Counted from the stretch's first letter, positions 10,680 through 21,244 are shown. The stretch: 59,290 bases of DNA from Clostridia bacterium (GCA_045649145.1 JAZRPK010000068.1:1-59290); one strand, 5' to 3'. Made by a program: numbers and translations. Notes: generated from the sequence alone by a model not told the origin.

Positions 10680-11000
10680 CTAACCCTTCCTTTCTTCGCT
10701 TACTGCGGTGATTTTTTCTTCAATCGCTCGGGCAAATCCCTCGTCATTTATCGAAATTACCGCCCGGAGTTCGAAGCCTAATGCCGCTCCTAATTCCGTT
10801 TTTGTAGCATATGTTATATATTTTGTTCCGTAGTGCTTGCAACAATCACAAATTGCCTTTAGTCCGTTATCGGAAATATCTGCGGCAATTATTACGAGCT
10901 TTGAAATACCGCGTCTTACTGCTTCTTCACAAGGCTCGCTGCCGCTTGACAAGCGACCTGCTTTCTTTGCAAGACCTATAAGTCCGAGTACTTTATCCAT
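10680..11000 (-). CDS. L7Ae/L30e-family RNA-binding protein (YlxQ-like)
   Basis: 106 aa. [11 protein letters not shown] and LVIIAADIS motifs. Located between ylxR and infB. Confidence 0.8.
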   Translation of the reverse strand: MDKVLGLIGLAKKAGRLSSGSEPCEEAVRRGISKLVIIAADISDNGLKAICDCCKHYGTKYITYATKTELGAALGFELRAVISINDEGFARAIEEKITAVSEERKG

Positions 11001-11262
11001 TTGAAAGCTCCTTTATGATTTCGTCATACACCTCGTCCGGCACATTCTGCCGAAGCTGTCTTGAAAGAGCTTTTTTCTTTTTCGCCAGAGCTACACAGTC
11101 TGCACTGCGGCAGATATATGTCCCTCTCGCCAGGGTGTTACCTTTTCGGTCAATGACTATCTGTGCGTCTTTTGCTATAATGCGTATAAGGTCCTTTTTA
11201 GCCGCTTTTTTTCGGCAGCCGATACACATTCTCTCCGGCAAGTAGGTCATTTGCTCCTTCAC
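10993..11262 (-). CDS. YlxR/RnpM-family (DUF448) RNA-binding protein
   Basis: 89 aa. RMCIGCRKK and RGTYIC motifs are typical of DUF448. Lies immediately after nusA. Confidence 0.8.
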   Translation of the reverse strand: MKEQMTYLPERMCIGCRKKAAKKDLIRIIAKDAQIVIDRKGNTLARGTYICRSADCVALAKKKKALSRQLRQNVPDEVYDEIIKELSNG

Positions 11263-11289
11263 TTCCTTTTATATGTTCTAAACAAAAAA

Positions 11290-12318
11290 TTATTCGGCAG
11301 AAATATCTATCTTCCAGCCTGTAAGTCTTGCTGCCAATCTTACATTCTGTCCTGATTTTCCGATTGCGAGCGAAAGCTGATTTTCCGGAACGGTTACCTT
11401 GGCTGATTTTTCGTCAAAGTCAACATCAACGCTCAATACTTTTGAGGGGCTAAGACTTGCTGCAATAAACTCTGCAGGATCCTCACTCCATTTTACTATG
11501 TCAATCTTCTCGTCCTTTAATTCATCACCGATTGCCTGAACTCTCGCACCCTTAGGTCCGATGCACGCACCCTGCGGGTCGATGTTCGGGTCCTCTGCCC
11601 AGACTGCAATCTTTGTTCTTGAGCCTGCTTCACGCGATACGCTCATAATCTCAACAATACCGTCTGCAATCTCAGGAACCTCACGGATAAAGAGTCTTTT
11701 TACCAGACCGGGATGAGTTCTTGAAAGCATAATCTGTGTTCCCTTTGTTCCGTTTCTGACATCGGATACGTAGCACTGAATCATTTGTCCGACCTCGTAT
11801 CTCTCATTAGACGGCTGCTCATTTACAGGAAGCATTGCCTCAAGCTTACCGATATCAACAAATACATTGCCCCTTTCGATACGGCTTATGCGTCCGCTTA
11901 CAATATCATTTGCCTTTTCGGTAAATTCGCTGTAAATAATACCTCTCTCAGCTTCTCTTAGTCTTTGTGTTACTACCTGTTTTGCTGTCATAGCGGCAAT
12001 TCTGCCGAAATCACGGGGTGTAACCTCGATGTTAACCACATCGCCGATGTCATAAACACCCTTGATTTTCTTGGCATCTTCTAAAAGGATTTCCTCCTGC
12101 GGGTCTACATAATCCTCCTCCGCTACAACTGTCTTTTGTGTGTAAACGTGAATAGCACCCGTTTCTCTGTCCATCTGTACATCTACATTCTGTGCCGAAT
12201 TAAAGTTTCTCTTGTATGCCGCAATCAATGCCGCCTCAAGTGCCTCAAGGATTGTATCCTTGTCAATCCCCTTTTCTTTGCACAGTTCTTCCAATGCTTT
12301 TAATAATTCTTCGTTCAT
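11290..12318 (-). CDS. nusA: transcription termination/antitermination factor NusA
   Basis: MNEELLKALEEL aligns with the B. subtilis NusA N-terminus. S1 and KH motifs present (FGRIAAMTAKQVV, GACIGPKGARVQAI, LSLAIGKSGQNVRLAARLTGWKIDI). The upstream TTG/ATG codons in the ORF track are less likely starts. Confidence 0.95.
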   Translation of the reverse strand: MNEELLKALEELCKEKGIDKDTILEALEAALIAAYKRNFNSAQNVDVQMDRETGAIHVYTQKTVVAEEDYVDPQEEILLEDAKKIKGVYDIGDVVNIEVTPRDFGRIAAMTAKQVVTQRLREAERGIIYSEFTEKANDIVSGRISRIERGNVFVDIGKLEAMLPVNEQPSNERYEVGQMIQCYVSDVRNGTKGTQIMLSRTHPGLVKRLFIREVPEIADGIVEIMSVSREAGSRTKIAVWAEDPNIDPQGACIGPKGARVQAIGDELKDEKIDIVKWSEDPAEFIAASLSPSKVLSVDVDFDEKSAKVTVPENQLSLAIGKSGQNVRLAARLTGWKIDISAE

Positions 12319-12338
12319 TTTATTAATCATTCCTTTCG

Positions 12339-12797
12339 TCAAAACTTAAAACTCAATCTTATATATACTGCGTCCTTTTTAGGAATTTCCCAAACCTCGC
12401 CGCCGACATCAATCGACGCCACAGAGTCCTTATATCCCAAAAGGATACCGCTTATTTCCTTTTTGCCGTCTTTAGCCGCATAGAGCTTAACATCAACCTC
12501 ACGTCCAATATAGTGATTAAACTCACGCTCGGTTATAAGCTTTCTGTCTGCGCCGGGCGATGACACCTCCAGCACGTACGCATCTTCAATAGGGTCTATC
12601 TCGTCAATTCTGTCGGAAAATCTACGTGAGAAATTCTCGCAATCGTCAATTCCTACCCCGCCCTCTTTGTCGATGTAGAGTCTTAAATAATAATCTCCGC
12701 TCTCCTTCTTGTACTCTGCGTGAACAAGAAATACACCCTGCTCCTCAGCAATCACGTCGCCTATACTGTAGGCAAGCTCTTCAATTTTATTGGCCAT
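12339..12797 (-). CDS. rimP: ribosome maturation factor RimP
   Basis: 152 aa. YYLRLYIDKEGGVGIDDCE and LEVSSPGADRKL motifs. First gene of the nusA operon. Confidence 0.9.
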   Translation of the reverse strand: MANKIEELAYSIGDVIAEEQGVFLVHAEYKKESGDYYLRLYIDKEGGVGIDDCENFSRRFSDRIDEIDPIEDAYVLEVSSPGADRKLITEREFNHYIGREVDVKLYAAKDGKKEISGILLGYKDSVASIDVGGEVWEIPKKDAVYIRLSFKF

Positions 12798-12825
12798 ATA
12801 TCCGCCTCCATTTCCTCAAATGAAA

Positions 12826-12852
12826 GAGTGGACCTTTTCGAAAAGTCCACTC
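12826..12852 (-). terminator. leader hairpin between the rimP promoter and the rimP start (terminator/attenuator candidate)
   Basis: GAGTGGAC(C)TTTT / AAAAGTCCACTC stem. A moderately U-rich stretch follows on the minus strand. It lies downstream of the predicted promoter at 12882-12910. Confidence 0.5.
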
Positions 12853-12881
12853 ATAAGCTAATACATTATGAAACTATTGGT

Positions 12882-12910
12882 ATTATACCACATCTGTCAA
12901 TAAAATGCAA
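12882..12910 (-). promoter_or_regulatory. candidate sigma-A promoter of the rimP-nusA-infB operon
   Basis: Minus strand TTGCAT (12905-12910), N17 ending in TGG (extended -10), TATAAT (12882-12887). Confidence 0.55.
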
Positions 12911-12929
12911 GTGTTTTTTAGAAATTCAA

Positions 12930-13994
12930 TCAGATTTTCTGTGTCCAGCCGAATTCATCGGGCAATCTGCCCCATTGAATTCCTGTAAGTGTGTCATAGA
13001 GCATCTGTGAAATTTCGCCTATTTCGCCGTTATTTATAGGCATTACCAAATCGCCGTACTTAAGCTCGCCCATCGGTGAGATAACGGCAGCCGTACCTGT
13101 TCCCCACGCCTCCTCGAGCTTTCCTGACTTGAACGCGTCAACAAGCTCATCTATAGAAATTCTGCGTTCGGATACCTTGTAACCCTTATTCTTCAAAAGT
13201 TCAATAATTGACATTCTGGTAATACCGCCCAAAATTGAACCGACAAGTGCAGGAGTTACAATCTCGCCGTCAATCTTGAAAAATACGTTCATTGCACCGA
13301 CTTCCTCGATGTACTTTCTTTCCACACCGTCAAGCCACAAGGTCTGGATATAACCCTGCTTTTCAGCCTCCTCCTGACCTTTTAGTGATATAGCATAGTT
13401 TGCGCCCGCCTTGGTAAAGCCTGTACCGCCTATTACCGCACGCACATACTTCTGCTCAACAAAGATTTTAACAGGTGCAAGGCCGTTGGGGTAATATGCA
13501 CCGACAGGTGAGAGTATAATTGCAAATGTAAGATGCTTTGCAGGGTGAACGCCGACGTGTGCATCAGTTGCAAAGATAAAAGGTCTTATATAAAGTGATG
13601 TTCCCTCTTTGGACGGAACCCAGTCCTCGTCAACCTTAACGAGTGCCTTAATAGCCTCTATCGCAAACTCCTCATCGATTTTGGGAATGCAAAGTCTGTC
13701 GCATGAGAGGTTCATTCTTTCCATATTCTTTTCAGGACGGAAAAGCTGAATAGAGCCGTCAGCAGTACGATAAGCCTTAAGTCCCTCAAAAATTTCCTGA
13801 GCATAGTGGAGTACCATAGACGCAGGGTCAAGCTCAAAAGGAGCGTATGGTACAATTCTGGCATCATGCCAGCCCTCGCCCTCATCATAGTTCATAATGA
13901 ACATATGGTCTGTATAGTAAATTCCGAATCCAAGCTTGCTCTCGTCAAGAGGCTTTTGTTTCGGAGTAGTTGTTCTTGTAATTTTAATTTCCAT
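12930..13994 (-). CDS. ilvE: branched-chain amino acid aminotransferase
   Basis: 354 aa. Class IV aminotransferase motifs (YAQEIFEGLKAYR, GTGFTKAGANY, EEAWGTGTAAVISP). Confidence 0.92.
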   Translation of the reverse strand: MEIKITRTTTPKQKPLDESKLGFGIYYTDHMFIMNYDEGEGWHDARIVPYAPFELDPASMVLHYAQEIFEGLKAYRTADGSIQLFRPEKNMERMNLSCDRLCIPKIDEEFAIEAIKALVKVDEDWVPSKEGTSLYIRPFIFATDAHVGVHPAKHLTFAIILSPVGAYYPNGLAPVKIFVEQKYVRAVIGGTGFTKAGANYAISLKGQEEAEKQGYIQTLWLDGVERKYIEEVGAMNVFFKIDGEIVTPALVGSILGGITRMSIIELLKNKGYKVSERRISIDELVDAFKSGKLEEAWGTGTAAVISPMGELKYGDLVMPINNGEIGEISQMLYDTLTGIQWGRLPDEFGWTQKI

Positions 13995-14165
13995 TTTCCT
14001 ACTTACTTCCTTCCGTAATTCAAATTTATTCTATATTATATTCCTTTTTTTTCGAGTTGTAAATAGTAAAATAACAAAAACCAGCAAATAGTTGGTAAAG
14101 CTTTTAACTTTATAGCATAGATATGCTCCGAAAGATATCCTTCGGAGCACATTAACATTGATATA

Positions 14166-16052
14166 TTAATCTATTTCCAACGATTTAATGATAGTTTCTA
14201 CTTCATTAATATTATATGGTGAATATGCAATTTCGTTGTACTGTATAGTAAAGACAATCATCTTATCATCTTTTAATCCAGCAAGCTGACGAAGATATAC
14301 TCTGTTGCCTTCATCATCCGATTGAAGTATCAACAACTCAGCATAATTTGTACCGCCAATCGTTGTAATGCTTGTAGATTTAATTATTTCACATTTGGTA
14401 TCTTTTCTTGCTGTACTTTCCATATCAAGCACAACCTGTTTAACCTCACCAAAGTTTGTTCCTCTAGCTGCTATTGTCTGAAACATTAGCATTGTACCAT
14501 TGATAATGCTACCTGCAACGACGCCGTCACTGGCAGTTGATAATTCCTCATAGCTATTTGGCAATTTTATGTTCCAACCAGCACCCTTTGCCGTATATGA
14601 ACCTTCTCTGTCAGGGTCATTACGCATCAAAATGCCTATTTCTCCCGCATCCAATTCTTCAGCCTTTATACTATTAATGACTTTATCAATTTCCTCATCA
14701 GCCGTACTGCTCGGTATTTTTACGGATACGCTTACATTATATACATACTCGCCAACTTCAAAGAAAACATCCCTGTCACGCTGAGAAATTTTATTGTAAT
14801 TTATATCAAACGTATATTCATATGACTCAAAATTCTTGTATTTTGATTGAGTTACCCCATTACAGAATGTAACAACCTCAGGATTAAAACCATTTTTGTT
14901 GTTTAAGTAATCCATCTGTGCCAATTCTTTTGCGCCCACAACAGCACTCTTGGAATAGATGGCACAATTTATCGTTGTATTATTCTCCTCATCTAATGCA
15001 CTGAATTCAAACTCATTCTCAACATTTTCATAGCTTGAAAGGTAATGGTTGGCAGGTATTTCTATCGAAAATTTCATCGTCTCCGACTTAAAAGTACGCA
15101 CCCCATCCTTTACCTCTGACAGGTCATATGTATCTTCTGAGTCAAAGTCACAAGAAAAACTCCTCAGCAGTTCTTTTCCTTTACCACAAGAATCTGCATT
15201 AGTATTGTCAAAAATACCGATTATAGAAAAGATATATTCATCAGTAACACATTCCCAATAATCCAAAAATTCCTCTTTATCTTTTGCTTGAAAATGCATT
15301 ACCTTCTTTTTGTCATTAGAAACATTTTTGTCCGCTGTTACCAATGTCACTCCACTGAGGCTATTTTTATATTCTACAAACTCTTTTTCAAAATCATATT
15401 CATCGTATGCAGGAAAAATAGATACATTTATAGTATTTTCACCATCAAATGCAAACTCCGTTTCCATTCCGTCAAAGCTTCTGTAGGTCATACTCATATC
15501 ACTGCTATTATTCATAGACCATCCGTAATAGCTGTCTCCGATTTTTTCAGCCCCTGTGTTTCCTGTAACTATACTTTGTTCCGTGTCAACAGCTTTTTTG
15601 GTAACAGTGATCCTCTTTGTCACATTATCCCAACCCACAACTGCACCAAAGGTCTCGGATATAAACCTGAGCGGAACCATTGTATATCCGCCCTCTGTCA
15701 ATTCAGGCGGCGAAAGAAGCCGCTCCGCTTTACCATTTACGTCAGCAAGCGGATTTCCAATCTGCAAAACAATCTCAACATTGGGATATGACAAATTTAC
15801 TGTTTTTGTCTCTTTCACCCAAGTAACCACTGCGCCAAAAGCTTCCGTAATAACTCTAAGAGGTACTAATGTTACTCCCTCTCCTACAACGTACGGACGT
15901 TCCACCTGCACTTCCGTACCGTTAATAATCAAAACATCATCGCCAACATTAAAACCGATTTCTACCGTGGCATTATCAGCCAGAACGGGAGTTGATGCCA
16001 TCATTATTGCTATTGCCAAAACCAAACTTATACTGCGGATAATATTTCTCAT
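14166..16052 (-). CDS. secreted protein with two copper-amine-oxidase-N-terminal-like (stalk) repeats and a roughly 460-aa domain of unknown function
   Basis: Signal-peptide-like N-terminus MRNIIRSISLVLAIAIMMASTPVLA. Two repeats of the type V/MVPLRxIxExFGAVVxW. No motif recognised in the rest. AT-rich coding sequence. Confidence 0.6.
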   Translation of the reverse strand: MRNIIRSISLVLAIAIMMASTPVLADNATVEIGFNVGDDVLIINGTEVQVERPYVVGEGVTLVPLRVITEAFGAVVTWVKETKTVNLSYPNVEIVLQIGNPLADVNGKAERLLSPPELTEGGYTMVPLRFISETFGAVVGWDNVTKRITVTKKAVDTEQSIVTGNTGAEKIGDSYYGWSMNNSSDMSMTYRSFDGMETEFAFDGENTINVSIFPAYDEYDFEKEFVEYKNSLSGVTLVTADKNVSNDKKKVMHFQAKDKEEFLDYWECVTDEYIFSIIGIFDNTNADSCGKGKELLRSFSCDFDSEDTYDLSEVKDGVRTFKSETMKFSIEIPANHYLSSYENVENEFEFSALDEENNTTINCAIYSKSAVVGAKELAQMDYLNNKNGFNPEVVTFCNGVTQSKYKNFESYEYTFDINYNKISQRDRDVFFEVGEYVYNVSVSVKIPSSTADEEIDKVINSIKAEELDAGEIGILMRNDPDREGSYTAKGAGWNIKLPNSYEELSTASDGVVAGSIINGTMLMFQTIAARGTNFGEVKQVVLDMESTARKDTKCEIIKSTSITTIGGTNYAELLILQSDDEGNRVYLRQLAGLKDDKMIVFTIQYNEIAYSPYNINEVETIIKSLEID

Positions 16053-16071
16053 ATTGTCTACTCCTTTTGAA

Positions 16072-17184
16072 TTATATTGTAATGTCTATTTGATATTCTG
16101 CCCCATCACGCACATAAGTGATATTAAGCGATGAACCGTTGTATGTGTCCTTTATCATCTCATTCCAATCCGTAATACTATGAATTTCTCTCCCGTTGAC
16201 TGTTTTTATAACATCTCCGTCAAGAATTATCGGGTTAGATGATGATTTTACAGTAACACCTTTTTGTGTAGGAAGTCCTATTCTTGCCTCCCAACTTTGT
16301 TCTAACTTAAAATCAAGAAGAGGTCTAAGAATTTTTCCATATTTTTCAAAGTGTGATATTACGTGTTTTACAGTGTCAACAGGAATCGCAAAACCCATAT
16401 TGTCAATACCCACACTTGAGTATTTACTTGTATTTATACCGATAAGTTCCCCTTTAATGTTAAGTAACGGACCGCCTGAATTTCCGGGGTTTATAGAAGC
16501 ATCTGTCTGCAAAAGTTTGTAGTGCGAGTCATTTAATGATACATCTACTCCACTTATAATCCCCTTAGTAACGGAATTCCTCATAGAAAGAGAAATAGGC
16601 GTCCCTATAGCTATTGCTGTCTTACCCGAAACTAGCGAGTTCGAATCTGCCATGGTAATAGGTATTAGTCCAATTCTTTCCGTCTTGACTACAGCAAGGT
16701 CTGCCTTTTCATCAGAATAAAGAACCTTTCCAGGCAATACTTCTCCATTTGCAAAGACAACAGTAAGATTCTTTATATTCTCTACAACATGTGCATTTGT
16801 GACTATATAACCATTACTTTTATAAATTACACCTGAACCGTGCATTGTAGGGTTATTGTATTGCGCAGACATATCCGAACCATTATAATTACCTATAATA
16901 GTCACAACGCTTGGGCTTACGTCCTCAACCACCTTAGCCACAGCGTCATCCTCGGAAAACGTAATATAAGCACTTTTCGAAACATTGTCCCATTCAACGT
17001 TTGCACCTAGTGCTTCACTGACTGCACGAAGCGGTACATACGTACTATCATTTATCAACACTGTATCTTGCATCATTCGCATACCATTCACATATACTCT
17101 CACCGATGCTTCAGCCGTTGTTGCCATAAAGGATATAAACACACATAAAAGTGCAATTCTTCTAATAAATTTTATGTCGAACAT
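16072..17184 (-). CDS. secreted trypsin-like (S1C/HtrA-family) serine protease with an N-terminal stalk domain
   Basis: 370 aa. N-terminal hydrophobic segment, then YVPLRAVSEALGANVEW (stalk domain). Has TNAHVV, a GNSGGPL catalytic serine motif and a PDZ-like C-terminus. Confidence 0.8.
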   Translation of the reverse strand: MFDIKFIRRIALLCVFISFMATTAEASVRVYVNGMRMMQDTVLINDSTYVPLRAVSEALGANVEWDNVSKSAYITFSEDDAVAKVVEDVSPSVVTIIGNYNGSDMSAQYNNPTMHGSGVIYKSNGYIVTNAHVVENIKNLTVVFANGEVLPGKVLYSDEKADLAVVKTERIGLIPITMADSNSLVSGKTAIAIGTPISLSMRNSVTKGIISGVDVSLNDSHYKLLQTDASINPGNSGGPLLNIKGELIGINTSKYSSVGIDNMGFAIPVDTVKHVISHFEKYGKILRPLLDFKLEQSWEARIGLPTQKGVTVKSSSNPIILDGDVIKTVNGREIHSITDWNEMIKDTYNGSSLNITYVRDGAEYQIDITI

Positions 17185-17365
17185 CCCCTTACTACGATAT
17201 AAATCAAATAATATTTATCCAACATTTACGCAACTAAACTATATCATATTTAACATTATTTGTCAACATTAAGCCAACTTGCAGAAAATTTAACTAAAAA
17301 TTTGTGGATATTGGGCGAAAAGATGTCAAAATGCAAGAAATTTGCACTTTCTAACGATTGTTCTC

Positions 17366-17394
17366 TTGACATTGACGGCTAAGATTGATAAAAT
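17366..17394 (+). promoter_or_regulatory. candidate sigma-A promoter of ilvBNC
   Basis: TTGACA (17366-17371), N17 ending in TGA, TAAAAT (17389-17394). About 150 nt upstream of the ilvB start. Confidence 0.55.
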
Positions 17395-17542
17395 ATAGAT
17401 TAAATATTTATAATTAGCCGTATATTACACAAAATTTCGGCTAAAGCAATCGCCATCTATAAAAAATAAGAGGGCATTGTCCGCAGTTACAACACACGGC
17501 GGACAGTTATTCTATTTATATAAGGAGGAGTTTAGTTTGAAG

Positions 17543-19213
17543 ATGACCGGCGCAGAAATGGTTGTCAAGACTCTCGAAGAAAACGGCGTTACTACAGTCT
17601 TCGGGTATCCCGGTGCAGCCAACTGTCCTATTATTGACAAATTCCCCGGCTCCGCCATAAAGCATATCCTGGTAAGAAACGAACAGGGTGCTGCGCATAT
17701 GGCGTCGGGCTACGCCAGGGTTACAAAGCGTCCCGGTGTATGTACCGCAACCTCCGGTCCGGGAGCGACAAACCTTATCACAGGTATTGCAACAGCATAT
17801 ATGGACTCAGTTCCGATGATTGCTATTACAGGTCAGGTTAATTCCTGGCTTTTGGGACGCGATGCGTTTCAGGAGGTTGACATAACAGGTGCTACCCACC
17901 CCATTACCAAGCACAACTATCTGGTAAGGGACGGACTTGACCTACCGAGAATTATCAACGAGGCATTCTACATCGCCAGCACAGGCAGACCGGGTCCTGT
18001 TTTGATTGACATTCCGATGGATTTACTTAAAGCCGAGTACGATTATCCCGAGGAGGATAATAAGCCCATCTCCATCCGTGGCTATAAACCTATCGGTATG
18101 GGCAAAGCACACGAAATGCAGGTTAAAAAGGTTGCCGAGGCAATCAAAGCCGCTAAAAAGCCTGTTATATTAGCAGGCGGCGGTACTGTCATTTCCGATG
18201 CAACCAAAGAGCTTAGAAGCTTTGTAAAGACAACAGGCATCCCCGTCGTTTCCACAATGACAGGCATCGGTGCATTAGAGGGCGGGCATGACCTTTACTA
18301 CGGTATGATAGGCTCGCACGGAATTAAGTCAGCTAATATGACACTCAATCACTCTGATTTGCTCGTTATTTTAGGCTCAAGACTCGGCGACCGTTCGGTT
18401 GCAAATGCAGCAGGTCTTGAACAGCGGACAAAGATTATTCACATTGACATCGACCCTGCCGAAATCGGCAAAAACATTATCCCCGACATTCCCGTTGTTG
18501 GTGATATCAAGGACGTATTAAAGCAGCTTAATAAGCTTTTAGGCGACTACCGCACCCCTTCAGAGTGGAAGGACTATGTGGATAAGGTACGCAGCGAATG
18601 GACAACGCCCGAAAACACCGAGGATAACGGCTTTGTAAATCCGAAGCACTTTATAAAGTGTCTCTCCGAGCGTGCAGGCAAGGATGCTTATGTATCCACC
18701 GAGGTTGGACAAAATCAGATTTGGGTATCCAATAACTATCATTTTGCCGAGCCGCATCACTTTATCACATCTGCAGGCTTTGGCACAATGGGCTACGGAC
18801 TCCCTGCGGCAATTGGTGCTTCGGTTGCAACCGACAACACTGTAATTGCTGTTATGGGCGACGGCAGCTTCCAGATGGATTTGCCCGAGATTGGAACAAT
18901 GTGTCAGTGGGATATTCCTGTTAAGATGGTTATTCTGCAAAATCACCGTCTTGGAATGGTACACGAGCATCAGTTCTTACTTTATAAATCAAACTATCAG
19001 GCAGTACACTTAGACGGCAGTCCTGATTTCTGCAAGCTGGCGGAGGCTTATGGAGTACCGTCTATGAAGATAGACGAAAATTCCGAGATAGAAAAGGGCT
19101 TAGACGCACTTTTTGCAGACGATAAGAGCTTTATGCTGGTAGTCGAAGTTGACCCCTACGAGCCGACAGGCGGCTCACTCAATATGCACTATCTGCCGAA
19201 GGAGGGAAAATAA
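17543..19213 (+). CDS. ilvB: acetolactate synthase (acetohydroxyacid synthase) large subunit
   Basis: MTGAEMVVKTLEENGVTTVFGYPG is the typical N-terminus, and the ThDP motif GDGSFQM is present. GGAGG lies at 17524-17528. An in-frame TTG at 17537 is an alternative start. Confidence 0.93.
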   Translation: MTGAEMVVKTLEENGVTTVFGYPGAANCPIIDKFPGSAIKHILVRNEQGAAHMASGYARVTKRPGVCTATSGPGATNLITGIATAYMDSVPMIAITGQVNSWLLGRDAFQEVDITGATHPITKHNYLVRDGLDLPRIINEAFYIASTGRPGPVLIDIPMDLLKAEYDYPEEDNKPISIRGYKPIGMGKAHEMQVKKVAEAIKAAKKPVILAGGGTVISDATKELRSFVKTTGIPVVSTMTGIGALEGGHDLYYGMIGSHGIKSANMTLNHSDLLVILGSRLGDRSVANAAGLEQRTKIIHIDIDPAEIGKNIIPDIPVVGDIKDVLKQLNKLLGDYRTPSEWKDYVDKVRSEWTTPENTEDNGFVNPKHFIKCLSERAGKDAYVSTEVGQNQIWVSNNYHFAEPHHFITSAGFGTMGYGLPAAIGASVATDNTVIAVMGDGSFQMDLPEIGTMCQWDIPVKMVILQNHRLGMVHEHQFLLYKSNYQAVHLDGSPDFCKLAEAYGVPSMKIDENSEIEKGLDALFADDKSFMLVVEVDPYEPTGGSLNMHYLPKEGK

Positions 19214-19215
19214 GT

Positions 19216-20738
<1,523 letters not shown>

Positions 20739-20752
20739 TTGACATAATATAA

Positions 20753-20783
20753 AATGCTTCTCATAACGAGAAGCATTTTTTTG
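20753..20783 (+). terminator. intrinsic terminator after ilvC
   Basis: AATGCTTCTC / GAGAAGCATT stem followed by a T-run (20776-20782). Confidence 0.8.
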
Positions 20784-20786
20784 TAT

Positions 20787-21017
20787 TCAGAAATCGTGAC
20801 AACTACCTGCGTCAAGTCCGTTTTGGGAGAATATATCAGTAATCCTGTCCACCTTTTCAAAATCATCTAAATCGCTCTTAAGTACATTTTGAATTTCCGA
20901 GAGTATATCTGCAGACTTGGAGTCAATCTCAGCAGAAAAATCTATATCTGACCAATCCATTTTCGCCTTTATTGCCTCTACCATAACATTGGCAAACATC
21001 TCTGTCTTGATATTCAT
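20787..21017 (-). CDS. small acidic hypothetical protein (76 aa)
   Basis: ATG 21017 is preceded by GGAGG with good spacing. Sequence MNIKTEMFANVMVEAIKAKMDWSDIDF... has no recognised family and no hydrophobic segment. Confidence 0.45.
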   Translation of the reverse strand: MNIKTEMFANVMVEAIKAKMDWSDIDFSAEIDSKSADILSEIQNVLKSDLDDFEKVDRITDIFSQNGLDAGSCHDF

Positions 21018-21041
21018 ATTCAATTCCTCCAGAATTAAAAA

Positions 21042-21064
21042 ATGCGCAGTCAAAGACTGCGCAT
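21042..21064 (-). terminator. strong hairpin terminator 12 nt upstream of the SD of the 76-aa ORF
   Basis: Perfect 10-bp stem ATGCGCAGTC / GACTGCGCAT with a 3-nt loop. A/T runs flank both sides; the minus strand reads hairpin then TTTTTTAATT. Confidence 0.65.
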
Positions 21065-21095
21065 AAAAAACGCCCTGCCCTGACTGTAAAATTCT

Positions 21096-21210
21096 GCAAC
21101 AAACTCTACAACAAAGTATAACAAACCAACACTACGTTTATCAAGGCTTGCGCTTTTTTCATAGTTTTGGTTGGTCTGCTATAAATTATTCAATTGTAAA
21201 GTTTGTTGCT
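21096..21210 (-). ncRNA. predicted long nested hairpin (leader element or small RNA body)
   Basis: The outer 16-bp helix pairs 21195-21210 with 21096-21111; its single mismatch becomes G-U only on the minus-strand RNA. An inner helix of about 10 bp and a small GCAA-tetraloop hairpin are nested inside. Confidence 0.35.
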
Positions 21211-21215
21211 ATCAC

Positions 21216-21244
21216 ATATTATCACAAAACCCACCTTATGTCAA
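21216..21244 (-). promoter_or_regulatory. candidate sigma-A promoter driving the structured RNA
   Basis: Minus strand TTGACA (21239-21244), N17 ending in TGA, TAATAT (21216-21221). The predicted start falls at the first base pairs of the outer helix. Confidence 0.45.

Noticed and set aside
9218-10711. Long plus-strand ORFs (9218-9910, 9947-10711, 10237-10683) opposite infB
   Set aside because: They lie entirely antisense to a well-supported essential gene. Their translations are low-complexity (S/F/L-rich) and mirror the K/E-rich infB linker. They are typical shadow ORFs.
21036-21244. Whether the structured RNA could be 6S RNA
   Set aside because: The predicted transcript of about 170 nt has the 5' end paired within a 115-nt hairpin rather than to the 3' end. 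I could not draw a central bubble flanked by long helices. The length and architecture do not fit 6S.
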